Shown here: positions 24,678 through 36,640 of the stretch, in pieces
How the letters are laid out: each line of letters opens with the position of its first letter
Numbering within the stretch: position 1 is the first letter of the stretch
From: Pocillopora damicornis
Taxonomy: Eukaryota
Assembly: GCF_003704095.1 (NCBI RefSeq)
Contig: NW_020844410.1
Span: 1 to 64,000 of the forward strand
Direction of reading: 5' to 3'
DNA: 64,000 nucleotides
Program-made: the position numbers and the translations under genes
Notes under the pieces: generated by a model
Database searches by the model: none
Told to the model about the DNA's origin: nothing
The model's input: the letters and a program-made list of their open reading frames with translations, nothing else

Positions 24678-27600
24678 TAATGATGTCAGCAGAGGCGGCC
24701 CAAGCTCACATCTCGAGAAAAAGCAAACGAGTAATTCATTTATCACACCCGCAAGAAAATAAAAAGTTAATGAGTACAGTGAGTCATGTGACGATACGTT
24801 TTCGCCCCAAAACTGGAGAACTGAATCTTCGCGGACGGAACAATAACAACTTGGGGAAATAACTCTGTAGAGACGACTTGGCAGCGAGAACGGAAACTCG
24901 TCACGATTTCCTGGTACACGGAGATCTACTTCGAGCGAGCTTATACGGACGGCAAGGATAAGACAATCTTGGTTCCACAGTACTTTTATTCTAGGTCAGG
25001 CCAACAAGCGACATGACCTCTAGCATGCTCTAGTTTGTAATCATCAAAGCTGTACAAGGTACTTGCTTAAGAAGTAACTGGTGCGAAGTGCTATTGTTAC
25101 ACAAATCGCAATATTTGAATAAGGACACAAAGGAGCGGAAAAAAAGTCTGTTTGAAGCTAAACAAAAACTACTTAAATATTCCATCTGTTTCTACGACGG
25201 AAAGTATCTCTAAACTCTAGGCCATTAAAGTAGGAAACCTAGGTGCGAATTTACAGCTCTGATATAGAAAACAATACCTATCTTAATTGCTGTAGCGCAG
25301 CTCAGGAAATAAAAAAACGGAAAAGCAATTAAAGTTTCTGCTTATTTACGCAAGATTGGTTTGGAAACCATTGCATGAAAAGAAACTAGATTTACGAGTA
25401 TAAACTCAGCTGCTATCTACCATGAAAACTAATGTTTCCATAAAGACCATTAACACTTATATTTACCTAAAAAAAAACCATGTAATAAATAACAANNNNN
25501 NNNNNNNNNNNNNNNNNNNNNNNNNNNNNNNNNNNNNNNNNNNNNNNNNNNNNNNNNNNNNNNNNNNNNNNNNNNNNNNNNNNNNNNNNNNNNNNAAACG
25601 GAAAAGCAATTAAAGTTTCTGCTTATTTACGCAAGATTGGTTTGGAAACTATTGCATGAAAAGAAATTAGATTTAGGTGTTTAAACTCAGCTGCTATCTA
25701 CCATGAAAACCAATGTTTCCAGAAAGACCATTAACACTTATATTTACCTAAAAAAACCATGTAATAAACAACAAAAGTGCCGACAAGCAGGTGCATATGA
25801 TGAAAGCGAGTAACAACAAAAATCTATTCTAAAAGCTACTGTGGTTTTTATACATTTTTTGAGTTATTAAAATGAAAGGACTTGAAATGGTTAAATGTGA
25901 AAGTTTACGAATAAATATGTTTCGAATAACACACACGGGAAAATCAATGAATTTTCCCGTAACAAAAAATAACAAAATATTTATTTATTTTTAATTCACT
26001 TGTGAGGAAAGAGCTCTCAGCCGTCGACTTTAACCTGTTGCCAACATTGTCAATCTCTCTGAATTTGTTTATTATTCCTTTAAATCTTTATTTTTTTTTA
26101 ACACAAGTTTCCTAACAAACTAAAAAGGGGCGAAGTATCCTGCATTTAAAAAAGCCTGGTGAGGCAGCTTGCGCAAGAGCTAGCATAGTTAGAATTATGT
26201 CAGCGATAAAGCCAAATTACATGCACAACTAATGCCCTTACACAATATATTCTGTTGATTCATCCAAATCTACCTGCCGTGATAAATATTTCATATAAGA
26301 CATAATTTAAGAACGCGATGCTAGATATTCAGAGGTCATCGCCCGAAGTGGCGATTGGCGCTTAAACAAATGAAAATTTCATTTGAAAAATTAATTCAAT
26401 GTTTAAAAATTTTGCGAGGTCGTTGGCTTAGTTAATTTCTATTTGCACTACTCAGTATACCATATGGAGGCAGGTAGTTCTATCTAAATTATGCATCGAC
26501 TTTAAAAGAGATAAGCGAAAGATCTTATTTGTTTTGCTAGCAGTCTGTCAGCTTGCTGCGTTGTAATTATGATCTTTTATAGCTTAGGTTTGGAAACGTG
26601 AAATAAAGTTGAAAGTTAATCCACTCTCAAGGCGTATGTCCATTCATGCTTGACGTTGTTGTTGTTGTTGACTTCTGTTATAGCTTTGGGTAATGAATTT
26701 ATGTCACGCAAAATGATTGATTACTTTTTACATAAAAATTGCAGCTGGGGAAAATACAGTAGTCCTCGGGTATATTTTAATGTCAAGCATTTCTGATAGA
26801 ACAAGCTTTTATTTCCCTATAATCACAATATATTGGTAAAAGCAAGGATCTTTAAAATCGTTAAATTGATTTCTAGTCAACTGTGATCAATCAAATGTTG
26901 CTATCATCAACGACACGATTTCACGACGAACATCCTTTGCTGCAACCGCTCACGACACCCTTAACAAACGAGAATTTGTGACTCAGTCGAAATGGTTAGT
27001 TTTCTTTTTTTATAAAGGAAACTGACACAATTACACGAATCGTACAATCACGATATTGAGCACGTCAATTGCTCATGGCTATGAAGCAAGAAAATATCTT
27101 ACCTGATCAGTCACTGCTGGCTTCAGTTGCTCGTGATGGTAAAGAAGGTCGAGATTTCGCACTCAAAATTGTCAGGGCAACACGAAAGTTCCGTTAAGAA
27201 CCCTTAAAAAATGCTCGCTGAACTCTACAAAGGCTCAGGTGGGATATTTCAGACACGAGTCATGAGTAGATGACGCTCCCTCTGTTTAGTTACGTCAGTT
27301 TGGGGGTTGACGTATGTTATTGTGCTGATAATCACTTATGCATACATTATCTTTGTTCTAGTCAACAGCATTCCGTAGCATTTCCGGTCTGGATATTATC
27401 ACCGCATTTATTTCTCAGTTTAGTTTGCTTTCCCATGTCACGTTTAAGAACTGCATGAAGATGATGTGCTTATACAGAGTACGTTCTGTTTTCTTCTCTG
27501 AGTAACCTGTTTATGAGGAACTCCTATCAACACGTATTCGATTGTGGGTCATATGGGATAAACCTGACCTAATTTTGATATAAACTTTTCATATTGAAAC

Positions 27601-28355
27601 ACCCTCTGAAGAAAAAAAACGTGGTTGCTGTGATGAATTAAAAAAGACACGCGAACATTCCTGTGTTGTCATTTTTTAATACTCTTGAAAACGAAAACAA
27701 TACAATCAATAGAGCTGATAAAATTGTAACAGAATGCACGCGCATACTTGATGTTTCATCTGAATCGTACGATCAAAACAATCGAGAAAACTCCTCGAAT
27801 GGAAACCATAAGGAAATGTTTTGATATCTATAGAAGTTCGCAGGCATGACCGCCAAAGTCCGATAGCGCTCTAAGTCTCATAATTGACATATCTCCAAAG
27901 ATCTCGCTAACTTTCTCTTTGAAAATGAAATACCTCTTGTCCGTGGTTCAACATAAAAATGTCGCAATATCCACCCCTCTGATTGTGACTTAAAGTAGGC
28001 AAGCGATATGGGTCCTTTCCTATTTTTTTGCAAGTGGCACGCGATTTTCAGTGAATACTTTATCCTAGTCTCAACATTTGCATCCTCCTTTCTCGTGTCC
28101 AGGCAACTCAGGTTACCTCATAAGTAAGAAATGAAGGCGGCCCAAGCCTTAGGACACTCTTGGTAGCCTGCGATAAAAAATGTTCTTCTTGATATAAATC
28201 GGCTTTTGTTCATTGAGAGGAAAACATACCGTAACGCTTCATATGCGTCTCTCCACTCTCTGGATTGAAGCTTTTGCTTGGAAGCTTGACATACATGCTG
28301 GTTGAGAATTCGAGATTTTATGTAACACTTGTAATTATGCATCGAAGAGCGACTT

Positions 28356-28982
28356 TCATCTGCGAAATTCCTCTGAATTGTGTCCGTATTGAAGCATGCT
28401 AACTCCTTGTATGTACTCAAAACTGGTTTTTCGTTTGGCTTTTTGGTTGTCTTTTGATTCAAATAAACCGCCCGGTGGCGACGAGTTTTTTTCGGGAACT
28501 TGATCGTATTTTGAAGAGTACCCCATGACAGAAGTAAGGTTACCATCAAAGTCGTCGCAATTTCCTTTAGGATTGGCCGACATGCAGATAGACTTGCTAA
28601 TTTGACTTATATAGGCCGAGTCTGGTTTTCGACCCTGAGAATTATCCGCAATTTCTGGATCATAGAGAAACGGCTCGCTATGAAAAATTCCATCGGTTGT
28701 ATCACTTCTGCTTTCTGTCCTTAACGTTTCGTTGGTTAATTTGGGGTTATGAAAGAACTCTTGGTCCAGGACTATCTCTGGCTGGGAGTCAAGAGCCAAC
28801 GTTGAATTGATCTGTCTAATTCTCTTCAACCATTCCATGGAACGTTTGTCTTTTTCCCAGCGCAACTTTTGAACTTTTGGCATACGCGGTTTTGTTGCTA
28901 GGGAGATAAACCCTGTTGAACCAGGTCGTATTTGGCAATGATCATTTTGGACCACTTGAACTATAGGAGATAGCCTTTCCAT
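28356..28982 (-). CDS. Uncharacterised protein, family member A (208 aa)
   Basis: Shares PxVxKLxW-x5-SxEWL and RKPDSxYIS blocks with ORFs 33044-33490 and 36641-37501; acceptor TTTTGCAG ending at 29071; candidate 5' non-coding exon donor at ~30180. Confidence 0.75.
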   Translation of the reverse strand: MERLSPIVQVVQNDHCQIRPGSTGFISLATKPRMPKVQKLRWEKDKRSMEWLKRIRQINSTLALDSQPEIVLDQEFFHNPKLTNETLRTESRSDTTDGIFHSEPFLYDPEIADNSQGRKPDSAYISQISKSICMSANPKGNCDDFDGNLTSVMGYSSKYDQVPEKNSSPPGGLFESKDNQKAKRKTSFEYIQGVSMLQYGHNSEEFRR

Positions 28983-29089
28983 AAGGACAAGTCTTTGGTG
29001 CCTTATCTTGTTCCGGCTCCTTTTCTACTCCTTATTTACCTGAATGCTATTAGTTTTCACAATCAACAACCTGCAAAACAAAGATAGAC

Positions 29090-29252
29090 ACGCATGCGTG
29101 GTTGGTTAAAACGACTACTCTAACTGAAAAATATAATTTTACTGTAAGTCGTGTGTGTCTGTAAATTATCACGCACCATTTGATTGGACAAACCAGTGAT
29201 GTTTGTATGTTCATGTGAAAGCTTAGCTGCTCCAGTGACGTATTAATGATTG
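29090..29252. repeat. ~165-bp locally duplicated non-coding element (second copy ~31708-31874)
   Basis: Both copies run from ACGCATGCGTGGTTGGTTAA through CCATTTGATTGGACAAA to GTGACGTATTAATGATT. Confidence 0.85.
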
Positions 29253-32200
29253 CAAATTTTTTTGTCGTAATAACATATTAAATTCTGAAGCATTTTTCCC
29301 TTTGAAAACGCCGAACAAAGGGCTTAAAAAGTCAGTTTTCTAGGTTTTCACTAGATTATGGAATGTGAAAGAGATGTGTGATTAATATGTTCAAATAAGA
29401 ATGTTTACTGGAAGTTCAGGAAAACGGATGATCGTTCAAACCGGTACCGAGTGCCATTTCTAGCGAGCGCTAGCTAATATTCGAAAGTGATTAAGATCCA
29501 GTGGCTTTTTGTTATCATCCCTTGAAATATGAATCTACACTGGACCGTCTTATTGCGGAGCAGAATTAGTTACTTTCCCCAAAATAAATGCAGATTCCGA
29601 GATTTTCTGAACACCGTTTCATGCTGTCAACACATCTAGTTTAGATAACTATGCTGCGGTTCTAACCGCGACCGGAGAGTCAAAAAGTTGATAGTGTAGT
29701 GATTTCCTCAGTGAAAGCGTAGTTCTGAAAAGGATTGTTGCCCTTGGAATAATGACTAACAGCCTGAGCGGAAGTCATCCCCAGAGTTAAGGAGTTATTC
29801 GTCAGTGGTAGAGCATTATAAACCGTGCTCGTGAAACACTCGACTGAATGAATAATTATTCATTTGACTAAAATAAACAAACTTGCATGTTTGAAAAACA
29901 GATGACCCCATCTTTCAATCATTTTCGAAGACATTAAATACACAGACAGAATCTATTCAAGTTTTTCATTCAAGTGACACTCTATACTGTGCCTAAGTTT
30001 CAAGGAGGTTAATGTATCCGTACTTAGATCAGCAGAACAGTTTTTTTTTTCGAAAACGTTAGCGAAAGAGTTGAAACGATGAACGAAACGATTTCTTCAA
30101 AATATACTTAGAAACAGACAACCTAAATGATGATCGTGGAGATCAATCTATCAAAACACGATAAAGATCGGTCCACTTACCACTCAGATGAAAACCAGTC
30201 GAACCAGAGCAACTTTCGATTTGTTGTTAAAACTCAACACGTCCTGAATAGAGTTTGAGGCATCAGATTTGTTATTAGTGTTGATCAATGTTTTAAACAA
30301 GGTTTGTTGTACGACTTTGCAGTGGAATCCTTTTGACGCGTCAGTGATTTATTTTTAAATTTCTGAATTTTTTGAATGTACTTACGATATCATAACAAAA
30401 GAAAAAATAAATTAGAATTAATAGCGATCGTTAAGTTCTGCCTGTCTTCTAGTTACCCCCTGAGGCGTTCAATCGCACGTCATGCAATCGTGATTTTTTA
30501 ATTCAAATAAATGTCACCATATGTACAAGACTTAAGAGCTTAGCTTTGTTACGAATGACAGACGAAATCCCAGATAGGTTATTGTGACAATTCCAATGTT
30601 AGTTGTCCATGTTAAAGAATTGCATCTACGATGATTTTCATATAACCTAAATAAAGATGGCGGCAGTTCCACTCATTGATGATTAAACGATGGTTAGTGC
30701 TGTCATTTAAAATTCATGACTGTTTCTGCATGTCATAGGTTCTTTTGTCTGACTGTTAATTTACCTCCAATATTCGCCTTTATCGCCGCTTTACGTAGAG
30801 GCTTAATCATAACAAAAACTGAGGAAAAAAGAAGGAAAATGGAGAAATGAAACAAAAATAAATAACTTTAAAGATGTAGTGTAATGCCAACTAAGGGTAT
30901 CGATGAAAGTACCAAAGGTTAACTTATTTGTTTGTTGGGTAATTGAAGTAGACTTTAAGAGCCGGTTATCCTAAATTGGACCGCCTTTTTAGGATTTCAA
31001 TAGACTTTCAGATTTCTTAATAAAAGCGGTTTTGTAATAAGCATTATTGCAATGTTAGTTGTAAGTGTCCTAGACACTGAACACAAAAGTTAGATAAAAA
31101 GTTTGACTAAACAAGAGATTATTTACGACGCGGTAAAACTAAACAAAGGCTTAACCTTATCTACGCCTTAACCATGTCGCGTGCCCGCTCACTGATACGA
31201 ACAATAGGAAGCAAACACTGTGGTTTTCAAAGTGAGAGGCCAATACTTTCACTTCGTTGACAGAAGAGTTACGCATTTTTCCTGTCTTAAGGATGGCAAT
31301 ATAAGTAATTTGTTGGCTCGTATATAGCAGAGTCATCATGAAACGTCAAGAAAGTAATTAAGAAGCATTGATTTCAATATTGGTACAACCTTGTGTCGGT
31401 CAACACAATGGAGCTTATTTTGTGTTATGTAGAAATATCAATTCCAGTTCAGAATTGTGATACCCAACCACTAAAAACTGAGATTGAAGTCAAATTTTGA
31501 TCTTGTTTTTAAACACACCATGGTTCTGATCATATGTGCTAAATATTTCCCTTTCTCTTGCCCAGCTCTGTTTGAATCACATAAGGAAAAGGGAAAAAAA
31601 ACAATCAAAATGACTGAGTACTCTTCAGCTTTCTAAGTTTATCGATAAGTAACGCATATGAAGGTTGTTAGTTTTTACAATCAATAATCCACAAAACAAA
31701 TGAAAAAACGCATGCGTGGTTGGTTAATGACTACTCTAACTGGAAAATATGGAAAATATAATGTTATTGTATGTCGTGTGTGCCTATAGTTAAAACGCGC
31801 CATTTGATTGGACAAATTAGTGATGTTTGTGTGTTCATGTGAAGCTGATCCTCTCCTGTGACGTATTAATGATTTCCCTTTCTTGTGTCCACCACTGTTT
31901 GCATAATAAAAGAAAAAGGAAAAAAAAAACAATAATCGAAAGGACTGAGCACTCTACTGCCTTCTAAGTTTTTTATCGACGAATAACCGTCTGCATATGA
32001 TGGATATTTTTAACTTGAAATCCTCGGTGAAACCAGCAGCCGGCGCTGGTACTAGAACGAAATGTTTGTATTATACCATCAACTATTATCAAAAATTACA
32101 ATCTCTTACTATTGTAGATGTGAACATGTGAACAAATCAGTACAATATTAAACCTTAACCAGCTAGAAGTTATATAATATAACACCACACTAATGAAAAT

Positions 32201-33043
32201 TCTAACGAAGCCGAATACACGAAACTGTGGATCAGTTGAGAGAATTTCCAACCAGATATTTGGAGTCAAGAGATTTAATTTTCCCGATTAAAAATCACTG
32301 TGCTGTAAAGAGAATTGAAACAAGGAGATTTTAGTTCATGAGGGCAAACATATCTCTTGACGCAACTACACAAAGCATTCCGTCATCGAAGACTTATGAA
32401 AGAAGACAGAAAGAACTCTGTAGGTCTTCCTTTCCTGATATGAACCCTGGGAGCTTTGATGCGCTTCCAATTTATTGAATCTGTGAAAGATTTTGGTGGT
32501 CTATAACAGACTTGAGTTTCATCATTTGATTTAGAACTGACGTAAAAGTTAAGGATGCAACCAGGAGGGGAAGGGTGGGGATCCAATCAGTAACAGATAT
32601 GTCAAAAAAGTTTAGTCATAACAATGGATCAACTTGACAGGTCCACAGTTATCGTACTTCAGTGATTTGTACGTTAACCTACAGTCAAAACAGCAGACAA
32701 ACGCCATTCAATGGTTGTATTTCCAGGAATTTGACAAATTTACTTTAGGACAATGTCTTCATTTACTTATTCACGATCTGTTTAGGTGAATAATTAATTT
32801 AATTGTTTGAATGCAATCAAGCATTACATCCAGAAGCTTCTGTCTCTCACAAGGCCGCGAATGCTGTTAGTTGCTGGACATATTTCTGAGTCGCCATTTC
32901 GTTCAATATCAATCAAAGCTAAGCACGATTAACACCATTTATATCAATTTCCGTTTCATCCAATCCTTGCTCAAGTGTACAACAGATACTCATCACTGTG
33001 TATTACCTTCCGTGCAATTTCGTGTGCCTACTGTAATCCTTGG

Positions 33044-33490
33044 TTATGTTATTCCATTTAACAAACAGATATACGTTGAATCAGGTTTCCGCCTGTTGGT
33101 ATCTTCAATATTTAGGGACTTCACTGATGAAGGTCGATTTAAGCTTGAAATTTTAGCTCTTTCTTTTAACTCTGTTAAAGCAGATTGCCTCCTGAGACCA
33201 TCAAGGCTTTGACTTTTACGACCACTTTTGAACTGTCTGCTTGTGTATTGCGTTGTAGAGATTTGCATGTCTTTTGTGTTAATCTTGATTTGATTTATTC
33301 CGGGTTTAATGGCAAATACAGATGTTTTAACGAGGCTCATTCGCTTCAGCCACTCTTGAGAAATACTGCTCTCTGTCCAGGACACCTTTTGGACTGTTGG
33401 AACTGTTGGTTTGGATGCCGTTACCTGGCCGCCATATGATTCCGTTTCTTCCACGATCCTCGGAAGCCCTGGATTAAAACACTTTGCCAT
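33044..33490 (-). CDS. Uncharacterised protein, family member B (148 aa, possibly C-terminally truncated)
   Basis: PTVQKVSWTESSISQEWLKRM and RKPDSTYICLL match members A and C. Confidence 0.7.
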   Translation of the reverse strand: MAKCFNPGLPRIVEETESYGGQVTASKPTVPTVQKVSWTESSISQEWLKRMSLVKTSVFAIKPGINQIKINTKDMQISTTQYTSRQFKSGRKSQSLDGLRRQSALTELKERAKISSLNRPSSVKSLNIEDTNRRKPDSTYICLLNGIT

Positions 33491-36400
33491 TCTTGTTAGC
33501 TTTCATTCCCCAGTGTTCATTCAAACTCCAAGCGAAGTTAAGAAGTTGTTCATTCTAGCATCAGTATTCAGCAGTCCTTATCCAGCAGCTCACTAGCTAT
33601 TTGAACCAAAAAGAAATCCTGAATATCTTTTCTTCGTTTGGAGATAAAGATTTTGACGACTAAAGTCCAAATGAATTTCCTTTCAGACAATCAGTCAATA
33701 ATTAACGAAAGCTACTATTGCTACGTCTAACTTGCTATGTCATATTGTCAAAAAGTCGTTTGAAAAATAAACTTAAACAGCAAAAATACCGTGGAAAATC
33801 TTATCATTAATTATTTAGAATATCCAAGCAAAGATGGAACAAAGATTTTCCATAAAACCCATGCTAACAAATTGGATGTAAAATTAACTTTTAAAAGTGT
33901 GATCAAAGATTAACCATTTAGCAATTGATTATCGCTTATTTTCTGGCCACCAGGTCAGAGACAGGTTATTAACTGTAGACACCGATTTATATTCATTAGT
34001 ATCATTAGATAGGTAAACTGTCGGACTCAATGTTATTTATTTTCATACAGGTGAAGTGCTATGTCAGCCACCTATGAATTATACAATAATGCGAGTATCC
34101 TACAGTTAGTGTCGATTTCTGTCTGATCAGTTTGTATCGCGTAGTTATTCAGTTATATCTGAGAATAGGACAGCCTACAAAAAACAAACAAGGCAGTAAA
34201 CAAACCTCTCTGTTAACGCAGAGAAAAATCATAAAGAAACGACGATTTCAGGACAGGCTTTACTGATTTTCCATCGCCGTAGTTTTTTCGCCGTCAGTCG
34301 GCTTGGTTACTGTTTATGTATCTGGATTAACAACTATGAGAGAGTTTTGGTTTTGTACGGTTGCCAGAAGCAACCTAAAAAATCCTTCCATCACAATAAG
34401 TTTAAGTCGCCTAGTATTGCCAGCGTTTCACTTGACTAACATAATAGAAAGTTCTAAGCAATATAATCCCATCAGACTGTTATGACATTATCCTTTTAGA
34501 AGCTGATTCCCTTTATTTCACGTCTTACCTCCCGCTGAGTTTTTGAACTGGCGACGTAAGCAGAGTTGTTTTTAAATAATCTGACGTAAGTGGCTGAATA
34601 CAACATCAAATGTAAGACCTCTGTAAGAGGTTAAGTGTCAGAAAACTTACCACCAAAATTACTGCCTTTCATTTCAACTAGTCTCTTAACAGTACAACCA
34701 AAAAGTTGCTGAAAGGTTTGACTCAAATCTTTACATCAGTGTTACTAAACAACAAATGCAATATAATTAACTCCGATATCAATAGCAAACCATTTTAAGC
34801 GGGTGTGAGGAACAAAAAGATTTAAGTGTATTATGGTACCGCAAACCCTGCATATATTGTGTACATTCAATGGCTACGTAGACAGAGAGGCTGCACTGAA
34901 CAAAACCTGCATGAACTTGGGTTTGTATGACGAATTTATTAAATTATTAAAATTTTCCAATTTATTATTAACATTTTGCTCTATACTTACTTTGAGGAAT
35001 GTGTAATATTTAAGTTCAGTTGTATTTCTTTCTTGATATTCAGCAGCTAGTATTCTATTGAAGTAAAACATGATGAGAGTAACTTCAATAAATTAAAACA
35101 TTTCTTTTATACGATACCGCAGCATGTAAACAAAATGGATCTCCCGCAATGGCCCCCGACGTAATGCGTATTGGTAGAATTTTGATCATTAACTTTGACA
35201 GATAAGTTGCAAGGCAACCAGAGTGAGTAAGATTTCGAAAATTCCCCGTACGGTTTTGAAGACCAACTCCTCAGGATTGAAATTGTGCAAAAGGTTTTTT
35301 AATACGGTCAGATTTGATATGCGATTAATTCGCTCAAAAAAATATCGTCCATTTCGAACTGTCCCGCCCCATTCGGTTTACGATTAGTTCAAGCGAAAAC
35401 GAAATAATTTCTGGCTAATAATGCATTTCATAATCTTTCTGTTGATATATAGTTTATGTTGGTTATGTTTCAAAAGGCGCATTAATTTTTTTTTTGCGGA
35501 GGACACCCGCGAAGGTCTATTGTATCCTTTGAGTCTTTTTGGAGACATATTCACGATTAAGAAAAAGAGGAATTCACGGGACCCGTATTTTCTCTTGTCA
35601 CGAACTATCGATACCTTTTACTAAAGGAAATGTGATTGACTGGATTTGGTCATGGTGTTATTATTATTATTACTTTAGTTCTGCCCTTCAATTGATTTTA
35701 ATAAAGTGGTCGCCCCAAGTTTTCAGATCATTCACTTAAGAATCTCTTGGTCAGTTAGAATATATCAGGGTGAAATAACCGAAAACTAGATGTACAAACT
35801 ATGGTGTGGGAAGTGAGGGGGGTGGGGACCGGGGGTTACGATTTAGTAAGGAATAAAGGAACTGACAAAATCATACGTAATAAATAATATTTATTTTCAT
35901 CGCGTAGACTTGACAGACTTACATAATAGATTGCATCGTTGATATTTTTTAATTTAATATAATGTACAAGAAATAATCAACTTTTGGCTTCTAGTTAAAT
36001 TTACCTGGGATACACATTTCACAATTACAACTTTAATAGACAGACACAACAGATCGCTATTTCAAAATCTGCGTAGCCTCTCTTTTCAAGTCAAATAAAA
36101 CATTTTCTTGTGCTGTTTTCAAAGAAATAATTTAACTCAAATAACTTTTCTTTCAATACATGTAGAAAACGAAATTTTCCTTTAAAACTTTTTTTCCTTT
36201 TGATTTATTGAATTCTAATTAATTTACAAATAATTCAGAGAAAATTAATGTTGCATGTCAAAATCAATCCCGACTTAGTCACCTCTGTGATTTGAGGTTG
36301 ATCACTAACAGATGCTGGATGAACTTCTTATGGGCAGAAAGTTTTCACTGCTTGAAAATGGCTCCTTCAATTTCCTAAGGTTTTGGGTTGACTCAACTTA

Positions 36401-36640
36401 GTCTAATAGCGCTGCAGTCACGAACGACTAGTTTTTTTTTTTTTTAACAGATCATCGTTATCGCGTTAGGAGCTCGCGCAAAATTAAAGAGACCATTGGT
36501 TTAACGAACACATTATTATCTACACCACACCTTTCCCCGTGTTATTGTCCTCTTGTTTCACGCTTCCCTTGTGCACGAGTGGCAGGTAACATTATCTGTA
36601 TACCACCATGTATCAGTTATGAACTAGCTAGCATCCTTAT

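Noticed and set aside
25308-25773. Direct repeat of ~185 bp
   Set aside because: Flanks gap 25496-25595; a typical scaffolding overlap artefact.
28118-28549. 143-aa ORF overlapping member A
   Set aside because: Non-ATG start, different frame and no family motifs; probably 3' UTR or a shadow frame.
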